This document shows, in pieces, positions 42,431 to 55,045 of a stretch of DNA of 64,000 bases. Location: the NCBI GenBank assembly GCA_964106645.2, contig OZ067043.1. The stretch is one strand, 5' to 3'. The notes under the pieces were generated by a model. That model searched no databases, was not told where the DNA came from, and was given only the letters and a program-made list of their open reading frames with translations. A program made the translations under genes and the position numbers. How positions within the stretch are numbered: the stretch's first letter is position 1; every line of letters starts with the position of its first letter. This DNA comes from Podarcis pityusensis. Lineage: Eukaryota.

Positions 42431-43824
42431 ATTGTTGGCACCAATAGACCTTCCTATCTACTCTTGCATCTTTGAACCTGGCAGTAGCATGTGGAAGGCA
42501 TGCACATATATAAGAAATGTGAAAAGATAACTCATATATAATAGCCATAACTTACAGATCATTTAAAGGTGGATTTAGTTAAATTCATGTTTGAATTAGT
42601 ACACCTACAGTATTCTATAACATACCAACAATAAACTAGGGAAAAATAAACTTAGTTCATATGTGTGTGTTTTTTTTAAAGAACTATATAGGTATCACTA
42701 AGACTCCTAACATGAATTTCTTTTCAGTAATTTTTAGTAAATTTTCAAATTTCCATTATAGCCATCCATTCAACAACTTTCCTCCCTACCCTTCCAAGGT
42801 TCTTTTAATTTGTCCAACATTCCTGCATAATTTTGTAAATCCATCTAATTCATTTTCCCATCTTACATACCTATTAAATATATTATACTGTTGAATTTAC
42901 CTTAATACTGACACCGTTTTCAATTGTACACAATTATTTTCAGCAAAAAATTCCCACTCCTCTTTAAATACCTGTTCTTCTTGCTCTCTTATTCTACTTG
43001 TTAGACCTGCTAACTCTGCATATTCTATCATCTTAAGTTGCTAATACGCCTTGCAATGGACCTCCCTCACCTGCCATTTTTGAGCTAACAAGATCTGAGC
43101 CGTTGCATACATTAAAAAGTTTTTCTGACGCCTGGGTACCTCTGTCTGAACCATTCCTAACAGGAATGCCTCTGTTTTTTTGGGAATGTTGTTTTAAACT
43201 TTTTTTTAAATCTCATTATATATCATTTCCCAATATTCTTTAACTTTTTTGCATGCCCACCACATATGGAAAAAGTTCCTTTCATTTCTTTACATTTCCA
43301 ACACAAATCCGATTCCGCTTATACATCTTAGCCAGTGTTCGAGGTGCATTTTCAGGCAGGGAATTTCATTAGTGTGAGCAGTTTCTGTGCTCTGGGAGCA
43401 GTACTACGCCTAATATCTCAGATTAAAGCTGCAGAGAGGAAGGAAAGGAGGATCTTTTTATGCCTTCCCACTTCCAGTCACTCTCTGGAAAAGAAAGCCT
43501 CTTAATAAAATTGGGGGGTGGGCAGGGGAAAGACTAGACCATGTGAAAAATGAACATAATATTTTAGCTGCAGTTCATTCCTTTTAAGCCTTGTATTCTT
43601 GTTATAAGACAAAAAATTCAGTTGTTGCACCCATGACCTAGGTTTAAGGTGCCCTTTAGCTTCTAGCTTTCATATGTCAGTTTCTAACACTGATCTTAGT
43701 TAATCTACTCAGGGTTAGATACCATCTATGAATCATTTTCATGTATTCTCTTTCAACGTGTAGCATGCAGTAAATTTCATTCTTTCTTCCAGAGTTTCTT
43801 CCAAAGGTTTAGTTCTATATTATA

Positions 43825-44179
43825 GGTAAAGGTAAAGGGACCCCTGACCATTAGGTCCAATCGTGGCCGACTCTGGGGTTGCGGCGCTCATCTCGTTTTA
43901 TTGGCCAAGGGAGCCGGCGTATAGCTTCTGGGTCATGTGGCCAGCATGACTAAGCCGCTTCTGGCAAACCAGAGCAGCGCACGGAAACGCCGTTTTACCT
44001 TCCCGCCAGAGCGGTACCTATTTATCTACTTGCACTTTGAGGTGCTTTCGAACTGCTAGGTTGGCAGGAGCAGGGACCGAGCAACGGGAGCTCACCCCGT
44101 CGCGGGGATTCGAACCGCAGACCTTCTGATCGGCAAGTCCTAGGCTCTGTGGTTTAACCCACAGCGCCACCCGCGTCCC
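43825..44179 (-). mobile_element. Full-length Sauria SINE (lacertid POM/Squam1 type), tRNA-derived, with 13-bp TSD
   Basis: Minus strand starts GGGACGCGGGTGGCGCTGTGGGTTAAACC (A box) with B box GGTTCGAATCCC and ends in an (ACCTTT)n tail; TSD gttctatattata at 43812-43824 and 44183-44195. Confidence 0.93.
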
Positions 44180-44380
44180 AACGTTCTATATTATACCCTA
44201 TATCAATTGCCCAGTGGGTCACCGAGGCTTTAACCAGCTTGTCTTTTGTTTCCCATTCCAATAATTGCTTATACATTTTAGACAATAATTTTTCATTATT
44301 CTGCAATAACTCTCTTTCAAATTGTGAGCTTTTCTCCAAAATTCAATTTTTCTTATCTAGTTTAAACATATCATATAATT

Positions 44381-44696
44381 CAGGGGCCAGCAAACTTTTT
44401 CAGCAGGTCCACTGTCCCTCAGAACTTGTGGGGGGCCGGACTATATTTTGAAAAATTAATAATGAACGAATTCCTATGCCCCACAAATAACCCAGAGGTA
44501 CATTTTAAATAAAAGCACACATTCTGCTCATGTAAAAACACCAGGCAGGCCCCACAAATAACCCAGAGATGCATTTTAAATAAAAGGACACATTCTACTC
44601 ATGTAAAAGCACGCTGATTCCTGGACCGTCTGTGGGCTGGATTTAGAAGTTGATTGGGCTGGATCCGGCCCCCAGGCCTTAGTTTGCCTACCCATG
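44381..44696. mobile_element. Non-autonomous hAT-type DNA transposon with an internal ~65-bp tandem duplication
   Basis: Imperfect TIR caggggccagcaaact / agtttgcctacccatg; 8-bp TSD atataatt (44373-44380) vs atataact (44697-44704); gccccacaaataacccagag...ctcatgtaaaa is repeated near 44479 and 44549. Confidence 0.85.
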
Positions 44697-46404
44697 ATAT
44701 AACTGATAATACTGTAACCAATCAGTAACTTGGCTCTGCTTCTAACATGAATGTTAGGAAGGATAAATTATGAGAGAGTCACAATATGTATGCAGGAGAA
44801 GACGATCTTTTTGAAATTGGGAAATAACACATTTTCAGTAACTATCTTTTAAAAAAGAGATCACAATGTCTCTTCATCAATAAATAAATAAATAAATAAG
44901 CAAGCTACTACGTGTATACCAAGTACATAAGAAAAGTACAATTTCTGATAACCAAAACCTTTCATTAACTTTCTATTTTATTCATATATATATAGAGAGA
45001 GAGTTTATCCTTATTCATATTCACAAAAACTGCTAGATGTTTTCCTCACAAAGGATAAACAAAGTACAAAGAAACTAGTTCTTGCTCTGGAGCTGAAGCT
45101 GAGTTTTTACAGAACACCTTCTGCTCAGACAACTTAAAATTCCCCAAGAAAAAGGACAAGGTCTACACACACTCTTGGCTGCAAAGTGCTCTCAAATTAA
45201 ATCAGTTTGAAGTGGTTTTCATTAAGATGGATTGAGTGTGGCATCGTGAGAAACACTTTATAAAATGTAGTGTTTTACTTAGTGATTAACTATATACCAG
45301 TTGATGAAGCTCCCTAAATCCTTCGTAATCCGACCACTCCAATAAACATTTAATGAGCATATAAATTCAAAAAGCCTAGCAGAGGATTTAAACCTTCAAT
45401 CTTGTTTTTATTTACTCTTCCAACTCAATTTCTCACTTCAAGTTAAGAATGCTATTGCTTCAAAGTCGTCTGTTGCCCTGGTAAAATTAAGTGCCCTCTG
45501 CAGCTCAGTTTAGAACATATGGTTTCAGATTTCAATTATTTTAGAAGTAAAGTATATATTTTAGAAATTGTATTTTAAAAAAACATTACTACTTCCTAAT
45601 AACTACTCTTAAGGAAATCCTCCCATTAGGAAATGAATGAAATTAGGAAATAATGTAAAATTGTAAGAGAGTTTGATCCTTTTAAACTTGTTATTCAGTT
45701 ACTTGATACATTGGTCTGGTTCAAGTGTCTCTGTGGTTTAATGTGAACAAAAAAAGTCCCCACTTCACCGCTCTTCCACTCCTGCTGGAGCATATTGGGA
45801 GCGACTACCCACAAGCCTTGGCTCCTTATGTCATTTGAATCCAAGCTTGTGGTTTGTTTTTCTAACAACTCACCCTTATTGCCCATAGCAAAGGCATTGT
45901 ATCCAATATTGCTGCTTCACCTGAGCAGCAGACTTCCAGTTGTGCAATGGATGTTCCCCCTCCTCTCACCCGTGCATCATCAAAATCTATTCCAGAGACC
46001 CTCCAGAGCAGATTTTGGGTATGTGTGGGGAAAGGCGGAAGGCCCTGATCATGCAATCAGAACTCCACTGACATAGTATCGGATACAACACTTGTGTTGT
46101 TCTTGGCTTGCCACTTGTAGTTTGAGGAAAATAACCACTAGGGTTCAAACAACATGACAAGCCAAGGTTTATGATTCGCCGCTTCCAGCGTGGCATAGTC
46201 GGAAGTAGGGGCGAAAGTAAAGTAGGGATGTCTGACCAGAATGCGTTGCTGCTTGTTCATGTTAAGCCACAGTTAAACATTAACTATGCTTCAATGTGAC
46301 ATGCAAACATAACCAATTTTGGAACTAACTACTGCAATAGTTAATCAGTGTAGGAAGTGGCCAGAAAGGCATTTTAGACAGTATAGTATTAAAAATGTAC
46401 TTAC

Positions 46405-46486
46405 ATCTCTGGCTTTTCCATAGAAAGCCTCTTGAAAAGCAGCCTCTAATGATCCAATAAAAAACACTGGATGGCAGTCACCATAT
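46405..46486 (-). CDS. FAF1: FAF1 coding exon (~exon 12, 82 nt; UAS domain)
   Basis: acacAG|ATATGG...AGAGAT|GTaagt; encodes (R)YGDCHPVFFIGSLEAAFQEAFYGKARD; phase 2/0. Confidence 0.96.
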
Positions 46487-47836
46487 CTGTGTGAATACCA
46501 AAATGTTTCAATTAAAAAAAAACATTTTTTAAAAAATTAAATGGGTTGCAGCACTTTAAGATTTTATTATTATTATTATTATTTTTTACAAAAACACAGA
46601 ATAACTACATTTTCTAGGAAGCAATATTTAAAACATTTTATTTGCATTCAACACTTCAGGTCAACACACCACAATATATTTCAGGCATATACACATTTTT
46701 CATTTCTGTATAGATAAAATTGTTATCTATCAAACTGAGAGCTACCAGGGCCAGAAATGCAACTCTGAGATACAGAAGACTGACACTGAGAGCAGTCTCA
46801 AGTAAATGACTTTGGCATGCCTGAAATGTAAACGTTATCAATCTTATACTTAGTGTAAAACTTTAAGTTAAGTGATAGAATGCCAGCAATAAAAAAATGA
46901 TGCCACAAAAATCAATTTCTGTTCTTATTTGTTCATTTGTCTTCCAAGGGACAATGGGAAGACCTTCGCAGGAACAGGCCAGTGTTGGTAGCATAAACAG
47001 AAACTTATAGAGGAAGGGAGGGAGGGGTTTCTAAATGACACAAATGGAGAGCTGCTCTCCATGAGGCATTTGCAGAGGTTTGCCCTTTGCTTGTTACCCA
47101 AAATAGCAGATAGCATAAGTACTTCCTGCCACACCTCTGACCATATGAAGTTGCTCAGAATAACAAAGCTTCAAAATCAAAACTCACAAGTTTGAGCCAC
47201 TAAAGTTCCCATGGTAGAGCTAACTGCACGAAACTGCATTAGCTACAAGAACAATTTGTAGAGTAAATAGTATTGTCTCCTCACCTTCCGTAACTGCATT
47301 AAGTTTATTCATAGCCATTCGACCCAGCCTCAGTTAACTATATTTACTTCCCTTTCTTCCTAATCTGGAATCGGATGGAAAAATATCCTCAACAGGATGT
47401 TAAACTATTCCACTGCTCACTGAAAGCAGAGAAATTCAAAAGGTAAAATAAGACTTGTCCTTTTGAAGGTACTGGGCAATAGGAATATCGAAAAGTGCAG
47501 AAATGGAAAACTTGATCCTACGGGCAGCTGGATCCTACTCAAAAACCACCCTTTGAAATGCCTTCCACCAAAACCAACACTGTCAGTCTTGTAATGGCTG
47601 CTGGAGATAGGCACCTAAGAACAGTTCTCAAAAGCTGAGCTGCGTGGCTTAGGAAGCTGCCTTATGTGGAATGATACCATGGACTGGCAGTGGCTCTCTG
47701 AGGTTTCATTCCCATCTGTACCTGGAGATGCACAATACACATCAGGAGGCTTAGTTTGGTCAGTATCGAGTATACGCTTTCAGAGTTAACACAAAATACA
47801 TTATTTCTGGTAAATGAGCCACCATAACTGCTAGAG

Positions 47837-47972
47837 CATGCATCCCCAAACTCGGCCCTCCAGATGTTTTGGGACTATAACTCCCATCATCCCTAGCTAA
47901 CAGGACCAGTGGTCAGAGATGATGGGAACTGTAGTCACAAAACATCTGGAGGGCCGAGTTTGGGGGTGCCTG
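47837..47972. mobile_element. hAT-type palindromic MITE (136 bp)
   Basis: Long inverted arms ccccaaactcggccctccagatgtttt / aaaacatctggagggccgagtttgggg; TSD tgctagag (47829-47836) vs cgctagag (47973-47980). Confidence 0.88.
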
Positions 47973-48362
47973 CGCTAGAGAGTCGTGAAAATTTGTATCT
48001 CAGGCTTTTTAGACACGTCTACCCATGTACTATCTGAAACCAGGGGCGAATTGGTTGCCAGACGGTTCCCCACCCCCAGCTCTCCTACTCCACTAGGAGA
48101 GTCACACCCCCTTGTGCAGATTGCCATAATAAGGAAACAGGACATTAGGTAGAATATGAGTGCACCGACCCTACATTCAAACCATGCACATTTGTGAACC
48201 TTTCTCCTGCGTAAGATTGTGGCCTGTCCGTGGGGCATACAGAGGTCTGAGTATACCTAGCTCTAGATCACTGTTCCCTTTAGTCTTTCATTCAGCCATT
48301 CCATACCACACACATAAACTTATTAGATAATCTTTTTTTAAAAAAACCCATGGTGTATTACT

Positions 48363-48762
48363 TTATTTATTTATTTATATCTATTTATTTATTAAATTTG
48401 CAAAGCGCCCTATACCCGCAGGTTTCAGGGCAGTTCACAGGATAAAAATCGGAATATAAAACCACAAAATACATAACCAAAATGAAAACAGAAAGAACCT
48501 AGTAGCACACACACCCCTCAAAAAACCCCCACATTTTTAAAGGGCATAGGTCGGATGTCAATCAACCAAAGGCCTGGTTAAAAAGGAATGTTTTTCCCTG
48601 ATGGCTAAACGTATATAATGAAGGCGCCAGGCAAACCTCCCCGGGGAGAGCATTGCACAGACAGGGAGCAACTGCAGAAAAGGCCCATTCTGGACCTCTT
48701 GTGGAGGAGGCACGTGAAGGACCTCCGGTTCATATGGAAAGAGGCGGTCCTTGAGGTATTGC
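48363..48762 (-). mobile_element. L2 LINE 3' end with (TAAA)n tail
   Basis: Minus strand reads GGGCCTTTTCTGCAGTTGCTCCC...CAGGGAAAAACATTCCTTTTTAACCAGGCCTTT; (ttta)n at about 48363-48393. Confidence 0.75.
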
Positions 48763-49165
48763 GAAAAAATACATATTGGAAACGTCAAAAGAATCTCACA
48801 ATCGTGTGTTATGAATTAAATGTTTCAATAATTCCATCCTGAATGAGAGCTCTCTGCTGCAAAAAAACCCACTGCAGGCTGGCTTATGGTTTAGAGTAGC
48901 TGCGAACTTAGGAAGAGTATGCAAAGGAAAAGTGTGTGGTTGGATATTTAGAGAAGCTAAAGGGTTTACAGTTGGGAGGCTCAATGTAGAGAAGCAGGTC
49001 GCATTTTAAGTTTAAAAATAAATTTCCTAAAGAAATCTGACAACTTCGGGATTCAAATATCATAAGATTCTTATCACTACCACATTTTTCCCAAATGCTT
49101 TGTAAAAATATAAGTCACATTCATGAACCATAGATGCAGAAATTATGCACAATTACAAGTCTAAC

Positions 49166-49229
49166 CTTGAAGAAAATTCTGCTGTGAATTGTAATAAGGC
49201 ATCTCCTTCATTTTCAGCATTTTCTGGCA
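49166..49229 (-). CDS. FAF1: FAF1 coding exon (~exon 11, 64 nt)
   Basis: ctttAG|TGCCAG...TCAAG|GTtaga; encodes (M)PENAENEGDALLQFTAEFSS(R); phase 1/2. Confidence 0.96.
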
Positions 49230-49255
49230 CTAAAGAAAGGAAGGAAAATAGTACA

Positions 49256-49302
49256 TAGTATAGTATAGTATAGTATAGTATAGTATAGTATAGTATAGTA
49301 TA
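49256..49302. repeat. (TAGTA)9 pentanucleotide microsatellite
   Basis: Read directly from the sequence. Confidence 0.95.
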
Positions 49303-49990
49303 ATTATCCATAGAATAGTATTCATATTATATTTTTTGAAAACATTGCCTTTACTATTTTCTTTAATTTTACATATGCATTTATTCAAATAACTTTTAAT
49401 AACCCTTAATGAAGAGAACAGTAATAATATGGCCCTTTGGGCATATGGAATTTGTGACCAGTTCTAGGAAGATGAAGATGATAAAAACAACGTATCGGTT
49501 TTTGCATGTGACAGTATTATTATTGCAACAATAAAATTAGAATCTTATAAGCCATCTTATAACTGTTGTTATACTATATTTCAGTGTTTTTTCTTTGAAA
49601 TATTTTACACAAGTATTTGTATAGCTTTTGTTCTAGTTCTAGAATAACGATAAATCTTAGTAATATTTCAAAGAAAAAACATTGAAATATAGTAGGCTAG
49701 TAGATACAGCCCAGAAGTTAAGTTTTAAGTCTAAGAGAATTGATTTCTGGAGGCCTGAATCCAGAATTCATTTATACAGTCTTCATTTCTCAGGTCTCCC
49801 TTTTTAAGTCAGTTTTTTTTTTTTTTTAAGAGTTTATCACTGGATGTTGAAATACATTTATTGGAATATATCTCCAAAAAAACCTATCTGGTGGAACCAA
49901 AAGGAACCAAAGTTTGCTTTCTTTCCTATTGCTCAACTGTTGTCAGTACAATGTTACACTATTCACAGCATGAAGGATTGCATTACTTAC

Positions 49991-50117
49991 TCATTGGAGA
50001 TTTCCTCAATGCAGATGACGCCATTCCAAACATCTCTCCATCATCCACTCCAAATTCTGTGGCATCTTCAAAGTCATCTCCATCACTGTCACTAACCATA
50101 TGTACATCTGTGCATTG
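49991..50117 (-). CDS. FAF1: FAF1 coding exon (~exon 10, 127 nt; acidic linker)
   Basis: aattAG|CAATGC...CCAATGA|GTaagt; encodes QCTDVHMVSDSDGDDFEDATEFGVDDGEMFGMASSALRKSPM; phase 0/1. Confidence 0.96.
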
Positions 50118-50666
50118 CTAATTTAGTAAAAGCCATAGTTAAGAATAATGCAGAACAGATTTATATTTATAATATAATACTGTTTCAATATTAGTAGTTT
50201 CCCATATACAACTATAAAGACCATGCTGTTTGAAATTAAGAACCTTGGAGGAAATTCCCTATATATTTTGGCTTGAGAAAACTATTTTGTATAAATAGGA
50301 TTGTAAATAGTGGATGTGTTCATACAACATGATAGACTGTGGTTTGTTGTGATGGCATGAGCCTAGTCTTCCCCTAGCTTTGTTGACTACCTCCTTCAGC
50401 CTAGCCAGGGAGAGTTTTCACTTCCATATTTTTTTTAATGAATTGCAGCTTGTCTTGTGATCCAAGTTCATCAAACTGTGGTTAATTTTAGCTATGGCTT
50501 GTTTGAAAAATCCGACTTCAGCACAGATTAGGCTATAGTAGAGTCAAAGTGAGTTTTGTGGGCAGTAACCGGAATACAAATGTGGCTTTCAGCATAGCTT
50601 GAAGGAGTGTCTGAATATCATATTTTGTGTGTGAAAAGGAAGAGGGAGGAAGGAGGTTGTGTTTAC

Positions 50667-50762
50667 CTCTTCTGACTGTTCTCTGGTTTGTGCTGGTGAG
50701 GATCTTCTTCCAACTGTAAGTCGGTGGCAAGGATAAGAGACTCCTGATGCTGCTAGGGTCAC
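50667..50762 (-). CDS. FAF1: FAF1 coding exon (~exon 9, 96 nt; end of UBL2 region)
   Basis: ttttAG|GTGACC...GAAGAG|GTaaac; encodes VTLAASGVSYPCHRLTVGRRSSPAQTREQSEE; phase 0/0. Confidence 0.95.
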
Positions 50763-53700
50763 CTAAAACACAGGATACATTGCTGCATCAACTATCAGAT
50801 TTGGATAAACATGTTTCTTTCAGTGACTAAAACCAAACTGCAGTAGGCTTGAATGAACTGGAATAAAAAGATTGCAAAATTTAGAATTTACCCACAAGGA
50901 ACGTTGTTATACAAAATGAAGCTAGAAAAAAGGATGCAATACTTGAGATCATTCCACAATATCCTTTCTTGACAAGATTTATTTTCAATATATCATTTCA
51001 TTTCAATCCTCAAACTTCTACATCACGGCAAACAGTTAAAGCTACCTCATTATTGCTGTATAGCTGGTCAGCACTAAGCTCATGCACTTGACAAACTGGG
51101 AATCATTTACATTTCTCTTAACTAGTAGTGGACAGGCAAGGGGCAGGAAGAGGCCCTCACCACAGTTGTGGTAACTGAAGAAAGAACACAAAGCAGCTCA
51201 AACACCATCCAGCTAAGGAGCCAAGATAGCACTGAAGACAACAGATGGTTGGAGTCAAAGTACAAAGCAGGTGACTGAGTAGGTGTGGGCAGTTCCCATT
51301 ATTAAGGTAATCTGACTCAGTTTTAGACCTCAGATTCCCAAAATCATTAACGGAGAGTCTATATAGAAGAAGTCAGACTATGAAAACTGAGCCAACTTGG
51401 AAGAGGCCTAAGTTATCGAGAGGGCGTGAGGAATTGATAAGGGGCTCTCACAAGAGTAAGAACACTTAGAAGCTGTGGAAACCTGTACCAATGTAGTAGA
51501 AAGTACCTTGCAAACATGTCTAGTCACTGTAAAAAATGCTGCTGACAACATATTTCTTCCCTTAACACAGACTATAGAGGTTTCCTTTGTGAAGGAAACC
51601 TGTAATATGGATAAAGGACCAAAGGGTAACTCAGTTGTACATCTCAGTTTGTGAATATGGCCTGATCTCAGAAAGTAGAGACTACTTTGCTATATTTTGT
51701 GCACTAAAAGGTCAAGGCAGTATTGAAAAATATGCAGATTACATTTAAATTTGTCCAATAGTTGAGAGTTTTAAAATCTTTATTCGCTTTAGAAGAATAA
51801 CAACAGAGTTACATCTACATTTCTCCCCCGCTCCATCAACTGACACAGAGCCTTCTTGATTAATAAGCAGCTATGCAAACATGTCCCTGCAGGGTAAAAA
51901 TACACATATTGTCAAAACTGAATAAACAGTAACTGATGTGTATTTTCTATAACAATTTAAAATGTATTGGCTAAATGTCTGTATTTTTAAAAAATGTGAA
52001 GGAAGTTCTACTTTCCAAGTCACTGTGGTGGCTAAAAAAGTCTTATCCAAAGCCTAGCAAGTATGCTAGAAATACTCTTATTTATTTTTATCCTCAAGTC
52101 AGGGTGTTTTTAATCACTTATGTGCTAGAATTCATAAAAGCCTTAATTTGCTTCAGGTTAAAGCAAGCTGATTAAGTGTGCTAGCTAACCAAGTGAGTGT
52201 TGACCTGCCTGGACTAGCCTGCTGCCACATTCTTGTAGCAAGGTTAAATAGCAGTTTAGTCACAATTTTAAAATCACAGAGTTAAAAGGAAATGACTCTT
52301 TTGGAATAAATGAAATATTAAAGCAGACATTCAGGTCAAGCTCAATTATCAGTGAAACTCTTTCATACATAAAACAGAATCTACGCTTGCCTTTGTAATG
52401 CTGGCACTGCCATTTTATATCACATGCTTCATTCAGTATTGAACATAGTAGTGGGGAGGGGGAGTAACATCTGTTTATATACCTAAGCTCTCACTAAGGA
52501 GCGCACTAAAGAAAAGGTGACTAATGCCAAATAGAGGTTTGGTGGTAGCAAACGAACTAGATCCAAGGGTCTCATGATAGATGGCTTCCTCCCAATTAAA
52601 GCTGGATAAATGGGTTAGAATATTAGGTAAGGAAAGTCAGACATTGAGAACATGATGCTGGCCGTTTGCTTTCTCATGTTCAATAATATTAAAACATAGC
52701 TCAGGGTGGGATTTTATATAGCTCAAAATCAATGAGAGGTTTTCTTATCTAGCTGAGCATGTTGTAGAAATGGACGTGAGAAGGCCACCATACTGGTCTC
52801 TTAGGGGGAAATAATAATAAATATTCTGTGCTAAAACTAGATGCAAGATGGAAAAACAGGCTGCTGAAGAGGCCAGGGGCCATCTTGGCTGAGAGTCCTG
52901 GAAGAACTGCTCCCTGCCTTGCTGGCCTTTTCCCACTTAGCGTTGGAGGGCAGGACCCTGACTGACTCCAGCTACAAAAGCTGAGGCTGCTGAAGAAGTG
53001 AGATACCATCTTAGCTGTCTCTTAGTGCAGACCCAGGTCATCAAGTCTGAACTCCACAGCCACCATCAACCATCATTGGCAGGATTGGCAGCAATAGCAG
53101 CAGATATGCTCTATGCTCAACATTTTATTCTCTTTTTACTTTACCTTTTATATTAGACTTCCTTCAGCAATGTTTTCTATATAAACATGATGGGGGAGAT
53201 ATGCCAGGCCAAAGTGAACAAGAATATTAATAGGTCTGTGCTGTTTAAATTCTTAAAGCTAGCAAACAGATTTGGGTTTCTATGCTGGCACGACTAAAGG
53301 CAGCAATTAACTCTTGTCACTCAAAAAAGCATGAAATTTCACTGAAATTATTTCAAAATTAACAAAAACATTTTGGGTTTATTCTTAAACCCTTGATAAC
53401 ACCAGTAAAACTAGCACAACTAACAACCAATTAGTTTTATCTTTTCACAGGAAATGAACTATTTTCCTTTTGTATACAACACATAATATGTCAGGCATTA
53501 AATCTTTTTTTTAAAAAAAATTAAACACTAACTGGATGGTGGAAAAAAATCACAAGGGTGGAGTGTGTTCACGTTCCACTAGCACCAATGCTTACTTTAT
53601 CCCTTCATAAAGTGCTGCTGAGATAATTACTGCTGACAGATTTATTCAAGGTTCATTTCACTTTTTCTCTAGGTTTTTTTCTAGTTAGAAGTGCAGCAGA

Positions 53701-54615
53701 GCCCATGGGAAGATCCACCCCTCACACCTGTTAAGTTTCTTCATGTTACTAGGGCCAGTTTAGACATGTCACTTTGAATTAGCATTGTACAGGGGCACTA
53801 AGTGTGACAATTACTTATCACAGGTTTAACCTTGGAAGGGAAGAGAGGAGGGGAGGAGAAAAGTTTCTAATTCAAGTCCGAGAACAGTGTCCGAATACGT
53901 AATTTAAGCCCTTTAATACAGGTTGCATGAAATTCATTCCAAGACTCATAAAAAGGTTCCCATGGCAGGTTTCCAAACAAGGATGCAGATTACTATAAAG
54001 GGCACATCTACAGTTACAATGTATTTGATTTTAGAAAAATAAAATTTAGAAAGGAAAATATTTTCACTGAAGACAATGGCCTGCTGTTGAAAACTTAAGA
54101 AAACATTGATAGCTGCTCTTTTTATTTTTCCTTGAAGTTTTCCTTCCTGTATTCTGAAGTCACATACACTAAACTCCAAACTCAAGCCATGCTTGGGGTC
54201 TGTATGTGCACCTGATAAAGGAGAATCCCTCTTTGAGGTCTGCTGTTATGAAAGTGTCAGGAGTTTTTTTGATTTCAGTTTCTTCAAGGCACCAGCATGC
54301 ATATTAGTAAAATAAAAGGCTAAATCAACTCATAGGAAGACAAAGAAGACTCTTAAAGTATTCAGATTCTTCAACTTTTTGAAAGGGTAACAATGCAATC
54401 CAAAGCATGTTTAGTGAATAGTAAATTCTGCTAAGCTGAATAGAACTTGCTCCCAAGGTAAGTGTGCATAGGATTGCAGTCTAAGTATTGTTTTAGAAAA
54501 AGCAATGGCTACTGCAGACATTGTAGAAGACTAGCAAGAAGATTTATCCCTACCTCTTCAATTTGCAAGTGCCATTTGAAACACACCCTTCAAAATCCCT
54601 TCAAACAGTCATTTA

Positions 54616-54858
54616 CAGTGGTACCTCTGGTTAAGAACTTAATTTGTTCCGGAGGTCCATTCTTAACCTGAAACTGTTCTTAACCTGAGGTACCACTTTA
54701 GCTAATGGGGCCTCCCACTGCTGCTGCGCCGCCAAGAGCACAATTTCTGTTCTCATCCTGAGGTAAAGTTCTTAACCTGAGGTACTACTTCTGGGTTAGC
54801 GGAGTCTGTAACCTGAAGCGTATGTAACCTGAAGCGAATTTAACCCAAGGTACCACTG
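54616..54858 (-). mobile_element. Tc1/mariner-pogo (Tigger-like) MITE, copy 2, inverted relative to copy 1
   Basis: TIR cagtggtacct / aggtaccactg with TA TSD; the interior is the reverse complement of 23224-23465. Confidence 0.9.
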
Positions 54859-55045
54859 TATATACATCATTATATATGCAGTAATCATAGGAGTACTCAT
54901 AAGAGAGAAGCAAGTGTCCAGACAACATTACAGTGAGATCACAGTACACAGTACACAGTACGGTGTATTTTTTGTCTATGGACTCCAATAAAGCTGCATG
55001 TGTGAGAGATAACAAGTGGATAGTCAAACATGGGATAGTGTACAG

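Larger units (their letters stand above)
42670..44735 (-). mobile_element. Older, decayed L1 3' fragment interrupted by three insertions
   Basis: Minus-strand pieces translate to DWLQYYQLY, LLSKMYKQLLEWETKD, KFTACYTLKE, RWYLT, LCWKCK and EYAELAGLTSRIREQEE, collinear with the young L1 ORF2 at 21183-22451; frameshifted; outer boundaries approximate. Confidence 0.85.
2133..50762 (-). other. FAF1: FAF1 gene body, partial: nine coding exons equivalent to human exons 9-17; the gene continues beyond both window ends
   Basis: The spliced translation VTLAASGVSYPCHRLTVGRRSSPAQTREQSEE-QCTDVHMVSDSDGDDFEDATEFG...-YGDCHPVFFIGSLEAAF...-RKLLAVYLHHDESVLTNVFCSQMLC...-DEREARENVKREQDEAY...-REAQEREIAEQFRLEQ is recognisably FAF1. 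Exon sizes 96/127/64/82/155/137/89/81/78 join in frame, all GT-AG. Exon numbering is from recalled human structure. Confidence 0.97.

Noticed and set aside
44095-44179. tRNA-like sequence with A and B boxes
   Set aside because: It is the head of the Sauria SINE, continuous with the SINE body, tail and TSD, so it is not a tRNA gene.
47975-48238. 87-aa minus-strand ORF in a mildly CpG-rich stretch, considered as a viral or TE fragment
   Set aside because: No recognisable motif; it cannot be supported without a database search.
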